Source: a virus
Lineage: Duplodnaviria > Caudoviricetes
DNA: 37,640 nucleotides
Strand: one strand, 5' to 3'
IMG/VR virus record: IMGVR_UViG_3300020045_007473
Location: 1-37,640 of that record
The notes beneath the pieces are model-generated. The model was not told the origin of the DNA. It saw only the letters and a list, made by a program, of their open reading frames with translations, and did no database searches. The position numbers and the translations under genes were made by a program. Each line of letters opens with the position of its first letter. Positions within the stretch are counted from its first letter, which is position 1. Of this stretch, positions 1-8,693 are shown piece by piece.

Positions 1-2
1 GT

Positions 3-359
3 CAGCCACATACACGTGGAGGAACTAAATTCTACGGAACAGATGGAACACGTTTTGAAGCAGAGCGAGGTGAACTGTTGACGGTGGTGAATAAGCGTTC
101 TACTGCTATGCTGCAATCACTTTCAAACTTGAATCAACTTGGCGGAGGTGTTGACTTCTTTAAGAGCGGAGGAGTAAAGCATTTGGAAGATGGTGGATTT
201 GCTTCACGAGGTGTAACAAGTCCAGTTCAGTTGGCATTTGAAACACAGCAAGCAAACGAGCAGGCTCTTACAAATTTGCGTCCGATTGTTTTGGTGCAAG
301 ACATCAACGAAGCGCAGGGAGTTATCAGTGAAGTGGAATCAAAAGCGGTGATCAGATAA
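3..359 (+). CDS. tail tape measure protein, C-terminal end (5'-truncated by the window)
   Basis: Frame is open from base 3 (QPHTRGGTKFYGTDGTRFEAERGELLTVVNKRST...DGGFA...PIVLVQDINEAQ). Resembles C-termini of Bacteroidota phage tape measure proteins. The 78..359 ORF is only its tail. Confidence 0.7.
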   Translation, partial: QPHTRGGTKFYGTDGTRFEAERGELLTVVNKRSTAMLQSLSNLNQLGGGVDFFKSGGVKHLEDGGFASRGVTSPVQLAFETQQANEQALTNLRPIVLVQDINEAQGVISEVESKAVIR

Positions 360-374
360 ATAACAATAAATATT

Positions 375-647
375 GTGATAGAAATAATTTCTGACCTTGA
401 AAAAAAGGGGATATTAAAAAAACTTATTCAGGCAGGGTTCATCAGTACAAAACTGCTTTTGTATTACGAAGTCTATTTGGATTTTGATGCGTACAAAAAA
501 ACAGGCAAAGGAAATACTGAAATCATTATTTTAATTTGCGACAAGTTCAATATTTCGGAGCAAACCGTTTACAGGATATTAAGATTATTTTCAGATGAAA
601 ACAGGTGTATTGATTCCAACAAGGGGCGACCGAGAAAAGTTTCTTAA
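375..647 (+). CDS. small helix-turn-helix protein
   Basis: ICDKFNISEQTVYRILR HTH-like motif. Confidence 0.6.
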   Translation: MIEIISDLEKKGILKKLIQAGFISTKLLLYYEVYLDFDAYKKTGKGNTEIIILICDKFNISEQTVYRILRLFSDENRCIDSNKGRPRKVS

Positions 648-1815
648 CTTTGCGCAGCAACAAATCCAAGAGCAAACCGTCAAGCCTGACGAGGTTTGTA
701 TAGTGGATTACAAACCAGTGAACTCCGCACCCGATATCACGAAACGCTATAAGGATGGTTTAAACGAACTCAAAAAACGAGGGTGTGAAATAGTACTCTT
801 TTGGGAAGATGATGACTTTTATGCACCCTATTACATCGAGGAGATGCTTAGACTGCATCAGCAGCATGGTTCACCTGACATCTTTGGCGTAGATTCAACT
901 ATTTACTACAATATCTTCACCCGAAAATGGGCTATGTTCAAGCACCCTGGAAGATCCAGTATGATGAATACTTTGGTGCGCACAAAAGCACTGGAAGGAA
1001 TAAAATGGTGCGATGATTCGTATTCGTTTACCGATATGCACCTTTGGAAAACCTTAAAAGGAAAATCCATTTCAGTTGACAAACCATTAGCAGTAGGAAT
1101 CAAACATGGAATCGGATTATGCGGTGGAGGCGGTCATGTAAATAACTGGAAAGCGTTTAGTAATTATGATGCAGATTATAGCGAATTACTTAAATTTACA
1201 AACGCAAAAGCACTGAACTTCTATCAAGGTATGACAGCCGAAATAAAATCGTACAAACTTACTCACAAGCCTTTCCTGACAATCGTGACGCGAGTGATGG
1301 CAGGTAAACGAAACGGATTATTTGCAAAGCACAAACAAAGCATCAGCGCACTAAACTCAACCGACTACGAACAAATCTTTGTTATTGACAGGCATCAATC
1401 TGGATTACTGGCAGCCAACACTTCATTCCAATTTGTAAAACCAAAAGGTGAATTCGTTTATCTGTTGGATGATGATGATTTTATTGTTGAACATGATTTC
1501 GTTGACCTGCTAAAAACAAAACGCGATGCAGATGTGATATTCTTTAAAATGAAAATTCTTACTGGTGACGGTGATCAAATATACCCAAAGCCACAATCAT
1601 GGGGAACAAGACAACCAAAGCGCGGTCAGATCGGGGGAAGTTGTTTTGCTGTAAAGCGATGGGTGTACGAAAGATACATTCACCACTTCGCGCATCCTTC
1701 ATTCGGAGATTGGAATTTCATTACAAAAGTTTTATCGGATAACGATGTAAAGATTGAACTGATAGATACTATGATGGCTGAAACTGGTAAAGTATCAAGA
1801 GGGCAAGCTGAATAA
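595..1815 (+). CDS. two-domain family 2 (GT-A fold) glycosyltransferase
   Basis: N-domain VLIPTRGDR...FWEDDDFY; second domain FLTIVTR...YLLDDDDF...GDWNF. Confidence 0.8.
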   Translation: MKTGVLIPTRGDREKFLNFAQQQIQEQTVKPDEVCIVDYKPVNSAPDITKRYKDGLNELKKRGCEIVLFWEDDDFYAPYYIEEMLRLHQQHGSPDIFGVDSTIYYNIFTRKWAMFKHPGRSSMMNTLVRTKALEGIKWCDDSYSFTDMHLWKTLKGKSISVDKPLAVGIKHGIGLCGGGGHVNNWKAFSNYDADYSELLKFTNAKALNFYQGMTAEIKSYKLTHKPFLTIVTRVMAGKRNGLFAKHKQSISALNSTDYEQIFVIDRHQSGLLAANTSFQFVKPKGEFVYLLDDDDFIVEHDFVDLLKTKRDADVIFFKMKILTGDGDQIYPKPQSWGTRQPKRGQIGGSCFAVKRWVYERYIHHFAHPSFGDWNFITKVLSDNDVKIELIDTMMAETGKVSRGQAE

Positions 1816-1825
1816 TATTATTCAA

Positions 1826-2011
1826 ATGAATATTAAAGATATTCCAAAAGAATTTTTGGCGAGTAAAGAAGTAAGAAATGAACGGTTGAAAAAATGTTTA
1901 ACATGTCCACATCTAAATGTATTGAATCAATGCAAATTCTGTTTCTGTTTCGTTCACTTAAAAACATGGGTAAAAAATGAAACCTGCGAAGACTCCGAAC
2001 CAAGATGGTAA
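1826..2011 (+). CDS. small Cys-rich protein (DUF6171-like)
   Basis: RLKKCLTCPHL...QCKFCFCFVHLKT...C...RW pattern. Confidence 0.6.
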   Translation: MNIKDIPKEFLASKEVRNERLKKCLTCPHLNVLNQCKFCFCFVHLKTWVKNETCEDSEPRW

Positions 2012-2076
2012 AAATTTATTAATCGGCTTAGCGATTGCCTTTGCTGTGAGTGCTTTAATCTGGACTTTGATTATTT

Positions 2077-2826
2077 ATGGAATCTATTCATTTTGAAATT
2101 GTCAGCACTGGCTTCAACTGTCAGGCTAACATTGAGAACTTAGTTCGCTGCTTACAAAAGCAAACCTACAAAAACTGGAACGCGACATTGGTTTCAGACG
2201 GATCAACCGACAGCACTGCGCGAAGATTGGCAAACGTGTTCAATAAAAAAATTACCTGTAAAGCATACAAAAAAAATACTGGAGCAGCGTATCGCAGATG
2301 GCAAGTCATAAGTAATTTACCAAATAAAAATTCCGTTATCTTATTGCTTGGTCTTGATGACCTGTTAATGGCTAACTGCTTAGAAGTTATTGCAACTGCT
2401 TATCGTGATGGCGCGATGGTTACGTACGGAAACTGGATAAACCAAAACGGATCAGGACTTCCAAAAGATTTCATGCTTGACTTTCCTGATCATGTTCACG
2501 CTGAAAGAAACTACCGAAAAGAAATTTACAGATCCACTGCTCCGAATACGTTTTACAAATATCTTTTTGACGCAATCCCTGTTGAAGATTTTATGATTGA
2601 AGGTTCGTGGATACAAACGACCACAGAATCTGAACTGATGTTTAGCTGCTTAGAGATGGCAGGGAAAAATCGCATTAAGTTTTTTACTGAACCTCTTTAC
2701 ATTTACAATCAAGGGAAGCACAGTGTCGCCTATCGTTTGGGGCAACAGTATAAAAATAATATCCTTGAAATAATAAAGTCACGACCTAAAAAACCATTGT
2801 ATGAAAGTATTGAATGTTTGTCGTGA
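2077..2826 (+). CDS. family 2 glycosyltransferase
   Basis: IVSTGFNC...QTYKNW...VSDGSTD...LGLDD...PLYIYN. Confidence 0.85.
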   Translation: MESIHFEIVSTGFNCQANIENLVRCLQKQTYKNWNATLVSDGSTDSTARRLANVFNKKITCKAYKKNTGAAYRRWQVISNLPNKNSVILLLGLDDLLMANCLEVIATAYRDGAMVTYGNWINQNGSGLPKDFMLDFPDHVHAERNYRKEIYRSTAPNTFYKYLFDAIPVEDFMIEGSWIQTTTESELMFSCLEMAGKNRIKFFTEPLYIYNQGKHSVAYRLGQQYKNNILEIIKSRPKKPLYESIECLS

Positions 2827-3712
2827 TGACTGGTCGAATTTTATGTATGATAATATGAAGTCACTGAAGGCTGTCGGGGTTAACTGTGACGCAGTAAAGT
2901 TATCACCACACCTGTTCCACTATACTGAAGAGGCAAAGGTGCGCAATGAAAAGATAATTCATTCTATGATTGATCAGGCAGACGTGATTCAGATCTTTCA
3001 TTCGGATACAACTTTCCTTGGATACTGTGTTTCGCGTTTCAAAAAAATAATCGTGTACCATACTGGCAGCGTCTATCGTGACAATCCAAGTTGGTTCAAT
3101 GAAAAGTTTAATCAGCACGTGAACAGGAGTGTTATTGCGCTTGGTGAATTCTATGAAAGCGGAGCAAAGAATGAAACCTACATTGTCGGAGCAATTCCAA
3201 CTGATTACGAAATAAAATATTCTTCAAAACATCCTTACAACTTTGCACACTATCCGAGCAACCCAAAGGTGAAGGGAACGAGTAGAATCATAAACACGAT
3301 GGCGTTCTTTGACGATCATAGACTATTGAATTTTGAATGGTCAACAATCATACTGGATTATCCTGAACAGGTAAAGCGAATGCAGCGATGCGATGTTTAT
3401 GTTGAATTATTGATGGGTGAATTGAACGGTAAAAAATACGGATCATTCGGAATGACAGCACTTGAAGCAGCAGCGATGGGAAAGATTGTACTGACTATGA
3501 ACAATAGTCTTGAAGTATATGAAAAGCACTATGGGAAATGTCCGTTCCTTTTACATACGGATGAATTAAGTTTAGCGACAAACATTATGAAGTTAATGAT
3601 GTCCACACCTGCATTCATGAACCAGTTAAAAAAAGAAACTCGCGACTGGGTTGTTCGGAACCACAGTTACGAAGCGACAGGAAAATACATTCTAAAAAAT
3701 ATTTTAAACTGA
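2801..3712 (+). CDS. GT-B fold (family 4-like) glycosyltransferase
   Basis: AHYPSNPKVKGT...CDVYVE...FGMTALEAAAMGKIV motif typical of GT-B C-terminal domains. Confidence 0.8.
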   Translation: MKVLNVCRDDWSNFMYDNMKSLKAVGVNCDAVKLSPHLFHYTEEAKVRNEKIIHSMIDQADVIQIFHSDTTFLGYCVSRFKKIIVYHTGSVYRDNPSWFNEKFNQHVNRSVIALGEFYESGAKNETYIVGAIPTDYEIKYSSKHPYNFAHYPSNPKVKGTSRIINTMAFFDDHRLLNFEWSTIILDYPEQVKRMQRCDVYVELLMGELNGKKYGSFGMTALEAAAMGKIVLTMNNSLEVYEKHYGKCPFLLHTDELSLATNIMKLMMSTPAFMNQLKKETRDWVVRNHSYEATGKYILKNILN

Positions 3713-3719
3713 CAGTTTA

Positions 3720-4274
3720 ATGATTAGCTACAAAGAAAAGTTAATGCAGTTCAACGCGACCGAAAAGTATAAACGCGAGCAAAGTTTTTTTATTAACCTA
3801 ATGAATCCACAGCAGAATGAGCGGATCTTGGATTATGGATGCGGACTTGGTAGAATGGTTCATGTGTTAAGAAGTAGAGGTTGTTGTTCGTTTGGATATG
3901 ACGTGAATAATCTTGTTGAAAGCAGCAATGAATTTCTATTTAAGAATTCGTTCCATATTAAATTCAGTAAAGTATATTTCATGCACTCGTTCAGTCACAT
4001 TCCTTCTGTGAATAAATTAATTTCGGAAACATTAAAACAAGTTCTTGATGATAGCGGAAAGGTGTTTATATTTTCACCGAATCCAGACTGGTTAAAAATG
4101 ATGCCGTCAAATAATTACATTCCTGATCCAACTGTGGTAAGACATTATTCACTGAACGAACTCCAATACATGTTCGGTAAGGAAGGTTATCTGATTGAAA
4201 GTTGTGGACAATACGGACCAACCTGTTCGGCAGGTTTCAATGAGCGACTGTTTTTTAGTGCTAAACTTAAATAA
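3720..4274 (+). CDS. class I SAM-dependent methyltransferase
   Basis: ILDYGCGLG motif I; ...HSFSHI...GKVFIFSPN...HYS. Confidence 0.85.
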   Translation: MISYKEKLMQFNATEKYKREQSFFINLMNPQQNERILDYGCGLGRMVHVLRSRGCCSFGYDVNNLVESSNEFLFKNSFHIKFSKVYFMHSFSHIPSVNKLISETLKQVLDDSGKVFIFSPNPDWLKMMPSNNYIPDPTVVRHYSLNELQYMFGKEGYLIESCGQYGPTCSAGFNERLFFSAKLK

Positions 4275-4280
4275 AAGCGA

Positions 4281-4934
4281 ATGAGCGTGACTGGTATTGT
4301 TGTTAGTTGTAATACACCCGACCTGATTCGTGATGCAGTAGAATCGCTTAAATCGTTCCACAGCAAAATGAATATCATTATCGTGGATGGTTCTGATAAA
4401 GGGAACTCGTGTCAATACGTTGTAAAGAATCTTTGTAATAAACACAAAGGAGTAAAAGCATTTTTATTTGGCAGTAATATCGGACATGGTATTGGACTTG
4501 ACTTTGGGATTAAGCAAGCAACTTCAAAAAATGTTTTGATCTTTGACAGTGACATCGAAGTTAAGAAGCCAGTAATTCAAGACATGTTAATTCATGGCAG
4601 GTTTTACGGAATCGGTCAGGTTGTTTATGTTGATAACACTGGTAGAAATGCAGCGACAGGAATAAAATATTTACATCCTCACTTTGCAATTATTTCAAGA
4701 AGAGAATATTTTGCGCATCCTGGATTTAGAAACGCAGGTGCTCCACTGTTGGTGACAATGAGGTCGGTGAATAGTAATAAGATTATTGATTTTAATGTTT
4801 CTGAATATGTGTTACATAAAGAACGTGGAACGCGAATTATTTTAAAACCTGAAGAACGTTCGAGAGCGCAGAATATCCAGAGGAAACAAATAACTCAACA
4901 CCTCGCTTCTGCAGTTCAGTTCGGAGATTTTTAA
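4281..4934 (+). CDS. family 2 glycosyltransferase
   Basis: IVVSCNT...IIIVDGSD...NIGHGIGLD...IFDSDI. Confidence 0.8.
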   Translation: MSVTGIVVSCNTPDLIRDAVESLKSFHSKMNIIIVDGSDKGNSCQYVVKNLCNKHKGVKAFLFGSNIGHGIGLDFGIKQATSKNVLIFDSDIEVKKPVIQDMLIHGRFYGIGQVVYVDNTGRNAATGIKYLHPHFAIISRREYFAHPGFRNAGAPLLVTMRSVNSNKIIDFNVSEYVLHKERGTRIILKPEERSRAQNIQRKQITQHLASAVQFGDF

Positions 4935-5367
4935 AATCCGATAACACTCTTGCAAAGTTATTTATCTTACACAGCGCAGGGTGATTTTTAAAATCTGCTC
5001 CATGCATAATAATTTTCTTCGCTCCTTTTTTATACGCAACAACACAGGCAACAAAAGCGGAATTATTGGAATAACAATAGACATTCGGAGTATCTAATTC
5101 CTTCAACGAACCACGTCCAGAGCATAGCTTGAGCATCGCTGCATCACTTCTTAAAGACTGCCATTCTTTGAACGAAACGAGAAATTCTTTTGGTGTAGAT
5201 GACAGAATTATTTTTTTACGTTCTTCTGAAAATCTGTTCGGTGGATCTATAATAATCAGCGTATCCACTGGCATAAAACTAAAAACGTCATTCACGCCAA
5301 TAGTTTGATTTTCATTACGTTGGTATTGATTTTTAGACTCTCCGAGTGCGATAATTTCTATAATCAT
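4837..5367 (-). CDS. DUF115/Maf-like or GT29-like putative sugar transferase
   Basis: IIALGES...IGVND...IIID...NSAFVACVVAYKKGAKKIIMHGADF; the only convincing minus-strand gene. Confidence 0.6.
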   Translation of the reverse strand: MIIEIIALGESKNQYQRNENQTIGVNDVFSFMPVDTLIIIDPPNRFSEERKKIILSSTPKEFLVSFKEWQSLRSDAAMLKLCSGRGSLKELDTPNVYCYSNNSAFVACVVAYKKGAKKIIMHGADFKNHPALCKINNFARVLSDFKNLRTELQKRGVELFVSSGYSALSNVLQVLK

Positions 5368-5370
5368 TTT

Positions 5371-5414
5371 TGCTTAAGATATGCTTGAGCGATGCTTAAC
5401 GGTTACTCAACCAT
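5371..5414. repeat. four degenerate 11-bp tandem units, iteron-like; candidate replication origin
   Basis: TGCTTAAGATA TGCTTGAGCGA TGCTTAACGGT TACTCAACCAT. Confidence 0.55.
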
Positions 5415-5415
5415 T

Positions 5416-5445
5416 AAGATAAGATAAGATAAGATAAGATAAGAT
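5416..5445. repeat. perfect pentanucleotide repeat (AAGAT)6
   Basis: Directly visible; followed by an AT-rich stretch to about 5500. Confidence 0.95.
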
Positions 5446-5496
5446 AAAAGTACATATTTTTCTTTTATCATTTTTGGGTTAAATGTTTTAAAAAAA

Positions 5497-6489
5497 ATGA
5501 ATATATTTTTACATTCAATGGAAAAAGAACTTCATATTCAAGCATACGGTGATGTTGACAATGCACAGTTTTCTGGAGTGTCTGAATACGGTATTATCAG
5601 TTTGAAAAGTATTGCGGATCAGATTGCTTCTAATCCTGAAGCAGAAGAAATCATAGTTCATATTCATTCAAGGGGTGGTGACGTTGACGAAGGATTCGCG
5701 ATTCATGACCTGTTGCAAAATTCAGGAAAGAAAATTACCACAATCATCGAAGGACTTTGCGCATCCATAGCCACAGTGATAGCACTGGCAGGATCAACCC
5801 GAAAGATGACAGCCAACAGTTCATTCTTTATTCATAACCCTTGGACATTTGGAATGGGAAATGCAGATGAACTTGAAAGAACTTCAGAGTTAACACGAAT
5901 AGAAGAAGACAAATTAATTGACTTCTACCAAAAGAAAACTTCAGGTGATCGCGAGAAAATATCCAACATGATGAAGCAAGAAACAAAGATGACTCCAGAA
6001 GAAGCGAAGTCGCTTGGTTTTATTACTGAAGTGCTTCAGGATAGTAAAGCATTTAAGGCATACGCTAAATTCCATAACCAAAATAAAACAAACGAAATGA
6101 ACAAAGTTCTGCAACAACTTAATGACCTGCTTCAGAAGCATGGCATTAAAGCATCCACAGAAGTACAACCTCCAGTGGAAATAAAAAATCTTGATCTTGA
6201 AGTAAAAGGTGAAACCGAAAAACTTCATGTCGAAACCGAAGCTACCGAGGCAGCTATCGGAGATTTCGTTACAATGGCAGGAGCAGCCGTACCTGATCGC
6301 GAGTTTACACTTGAAGATGGAACGGTAATTAAAACCGATGCTGATGCAAAGATTTCAGCTATCACAAAACCAGTTGAAGAGCCAACAGTAGCAGCATCCG
6401 AGCTGATGCGAAAGCACTTGAACTTCAAGCGAAGTTGGAAGCAGCCGAAGCAAAGATTACTGAAATGGAAACTACCAACGCTGCAATGA
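5497..6489 (+). CDS. ClpP-like prohead maturation protease (true start probably ATG 5518); frame break near 6400-6414
   Basis: HIHSRGGDVDEG...GLCASIATVIALAG...FFIHNPW...EEAKSLGFITEV; the last ~28 residues look off-frame. Confidence 0.9.
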   Translation: MNIFLHSMEKELHIQAYGDVDNAQFSGVSEYGIISLKSIADQIASNPEAEEIIVHIHSRGGDVDEGFAIHDLLQNSGKKITTIIEGLCASIATVIALAGSTRKMTANSSFFIHNPWTFGMGNADELERTSELTRIEEDKLIDFYQKKTSGDREKISNMMKQETKMTPEEAKSLGFITEVLQDSKAFKAYAKFHNQNKTNEMNKVLQQLNDLLQKHGIKASTEVQPPVEIKNLDLEVKGETEKLHVETEATEAAIGDFVTMAGAAVPDREFTLEDGTVIKTDADAKISAITKPVEEPTVAASELMRKHLNFKRSWKQPKQRLLKWKLPTLQ

Positions 6490-6701
6490 AAACTGAACTT
6501 GAAGAAAATAAAAAGCAGTTCACTGAAATTGAAAACAAGATTTCAATTCTTGCAAAAGGAATTGGATCTAACTTCAAACCAACAGAAGAGCCAACACGTT
6601 TCCGCACACAAAAAGTTGAAGGATCAACAGATGTAACTGATGCGATTGCTAAAATGAAAGAGGAAGCGCAGAAACGAAAACTCGGGAAAGCAAAAGTGTA
6701 A
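6378..6701 (+). CDS. coiled-coil scaffold-like continuation of the protease in the -1 frame
   Basis: The -1 frame is open from 6378: ...ADAKALELQAKLEAAEAKITEMETTNAAMKTELEENKKQF... Confidence 0.7.
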   Translation, partial: RANSSSIRADAKALELQAKLEAAEAKITEMETTNAAMKTELEENKKQFTEIENKISILAKGIGSNFKPTEEPTRFRTQKVEGSTDVTDAIAKMKEEAQKRKLGKAKV

Positions 6702-6725
6702 AGCCAAACAAGAATCAATAAAAAA

Positions 6726-6755
6726 CCAAACAAAAAAACCAAACAAAAAAACCAA
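6726..6755 (+). repeat. 13-bp A-rich tandem duplication (CCAAACAAAAAAA x2.3) in the capsid gene leader
   Basis: Visible; unstructured A-rich leader as expected for Bacteroidota translation initiation. Confidence 0.7.
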
Positions 6756-6763
6756 TTAAAAAA

Positions 6764-7993
6764 ATGAAAACAAAAGCAATTCTTCTCGTGCTGTTTGGCT
6801 TACTTGCCTCAGCATTCTTTGGATCCGCAGTGGCATCCGTAACAAGTCAATCCGTAGGGATGATCGTGTTCGTTGTTTCAGCATTGTCAATGACGCTGCC
6901 GAAAAAAGCGAATGTACTTTACACACTCATCAACTTCTCTGGAGTTACGTGGAGCGGTAAAGAAGTAATGGATATGACCGAAGCCACGATGGAAGCGGTG
7001 TATTCAAATCCTGAATTAACTTCAATGAATCAGGTAGTGGAAAATATTGTTGCACGTCAACAAATTGTTTTTCTTGGATCTTTATCAAAGATTTCAAAGA
7101 AGAGCGAATCATGTGGAGGTTCAGCAGGTAGTCACACCATAACATCAACAGAAAAATATTGGGATCCAATCCGTACAAAGTTTTGGCTTGAGCAATGTGC
7201 TGATGATCTTGAGGAAACCTTCTGGGTATGGGGTTTGAATAAAGGAATCGCTCGCAAAGATTTAACTCAAGGCGACTTCGCAACCTTTATCATGACTCGT
7301 ATTGAACAGGCATTAGTTGAAGACATTCAGCGCATCGCATGGTTCAACGATGTTGATCACGATACAGTTGACAACTCTCCTGGATTGCTTACATCAGGAA
7401 TATCAATTCTTGATTACAATATGCTTGACGGTTTCTGGTCACAGATTTATGACATCGTAGGATTGGACGCTGACAGACGTTACGAAATATCCGAAAATGC
7501 TTTGAGTACATACGCACTTCAGGATGCACTGGCAACAGATCGCGCAGTTCTTGTATTGCGCAATCTTTATCAGAATGCAGATAAACGGTTGAAGCATAAC
7601 AAAGATAAATTCTTTGTGCTGACTGATAGCTTAGTTGACAACTATCAAACATGGTTGGAATCACAAGGTGTTGACAGTTCATTCACAAGGGTTCAGGCAG
7701 GTGAACGCGGTCAATTTGATACAGGGTTACGTTTCCGCGGAATCCCAATTTACTGCTTTGATTTCTGGGATCGTACTATTCGTGCAGACTTCGACAATGG
7801 TGCAAGTTACTATCAGCCACATCGTGCGATATTAACTGTAAAAGAAAACCTTCCTATCGGTGTTGACGGTGTTGAAGCAACAAAGTCAATGACACAGTTC
7901 TATCTTCCAAAAGAAGAAACCACGAACTGGAAAGGTGGATACAAAATTGACGCGAAGGTTCTGTTATCATACATGATTCAAGTAGCTTACTAA
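6764..7993 (+). CDS. major capsid protein with hydrophobic N-terminal extension
   Basis: 409 aa directly after protease/scaffold; TEKYWDP...QCADDLE...RIAWFND...DGFW...FRGIPI pattern of Bacteroidota phage capsids. Confidence 0.8.
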   Translation: MKTKAILLVLFGLLASAFFGSAVASVTSQSVGMIVFVVSALSMTLPKKANVLYTLINFSGVTWSGKEVMDMTEATMEAVYSNPELTSMNQVVENIVARQQIVFLGSLSKISKKSESCGGSAGSHTITSTEKYWDPIRTKFWLEQCADDLEETFWVWGLNKGIARKDLTQGDFATFIMTRIEQALVEDIQRIAWFNDVDHDTVDNSPGLLTSGISILDYNMLDGFWSQIYDIVGLDADRRYEISENALSTYALQDALATDRAVLVLRNLYQNADKRLKHNKDKFFVLTDSLVDNYQTWLESQGVDSSFTRVQAGERGQFDTGLRFRGIPIYCFDFWDRTIRADFDNGASYYQPHRAILTVKENLPIGVDGVEATKSMTQFYLPKEETTNWKGGYKIDAKVLLSYMIQVAY

Positions 7994-8039
7994 GGATTGT
8001 AAATTCTGAAACTATTAAATCATATAAAACAAAAATATC

Positions 8040-8621
8040 ATGGCAGAATGTGCAGTAATAAGTAACAACATTTTAGTGGATTGCGATAATCCGCTTCAGG
8101 CAGGAACCAAAGACACCCTGATCCTAATTAATTATGATGACTGGTTAGATGCAGCTGTCAGTGTGAATGGTACGAATGCAAGAATCATCGAGGACATTGT
8201 TCTTGCAAGTGGAGTCACAGGATATAAAGTTGAGGGAATAAACAACTCAACACTTCCGACACATGCTTTCGTGAAGGGAAGATTCCTTGGTTCGTTCGAT
8301 CATCAGGTGAATTTCAAATGCTTTACACTTTCACCAACTGTGAAATCAGAACTGGTAAAAATGTCAAAAGGTAGGTTCGTTGCTATTGTCGAAAACAACT
8401 TCAAAGGAGCAACTGGAAATGCTGCTTATGAAGTGTACGGAATGGACAGCGGATTGATCCTCGAGACAATGGAGCGCGATCCCGGGAATCAGGATACACA
8501 GGGTGCATACGATGTAACACTGAAGAGTTCAGAGTTCTCACGTGAGGCTCATTTACCTGCGACAATCTTCATCACTGATTACGATACAACCAAAACTCTT
8601 GTTGATGGATTGTATTCTTAA
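8040..8621 (+). CDS. major tail (tube) protein
   Basis: MAEC...VDCDNP..G...LINYDD...FDHQVNF...GRFVAIVEN...YEVYGMDSGL; followed by a strong terminator. Confidence 0.7.
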   Translation: MAECAVISNNILVDCDNPLQAGTKDTLILINYDDWLDAAVSVNGTNARIIEDIVLASGVTGYKVEGINNSTLPTHAFVKGRFLGSFDHQVNFKCFTLSPTVKSELVKMSKGRFVAIVENNFKGATGNAAYEVYGMDSGLILETMERDPGNQDTQGAYDVTLKSSEFSREAHLPATIFITDYDTTKTLVDGLYS

Positions 8622-8646
8622 GCAGTTAACCCGATGCAGTTAAAAC

Positions 8647-8686
8647 AAAAAGGAGAGCCGAGTTAAATACTTGGCTTTTCTTTTTT
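8647..8686 (+). terminator. intrinsic terminator
   Basis: GAGAGCCGAGT-TAAAT-ACTTGGCTTTTC hairpin followed by a T-run and preceded by an A-run. Confidence 0.85.
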
Positions 8687-8693
8687 ATATTTG
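8686..8693 (+). promoter_or_regulatory. Bacteroidota-type -7 promoter box
   Basis: TATATTTG matches TAnnTTTG, right after a terminator. Confidence 0.5.

Noticed and set aside
6702-6763. A-rich repeat before the capsid gene as a special element
   Set aside because: Adequately explained as an unstructured translation leader for a highly expressed gene.
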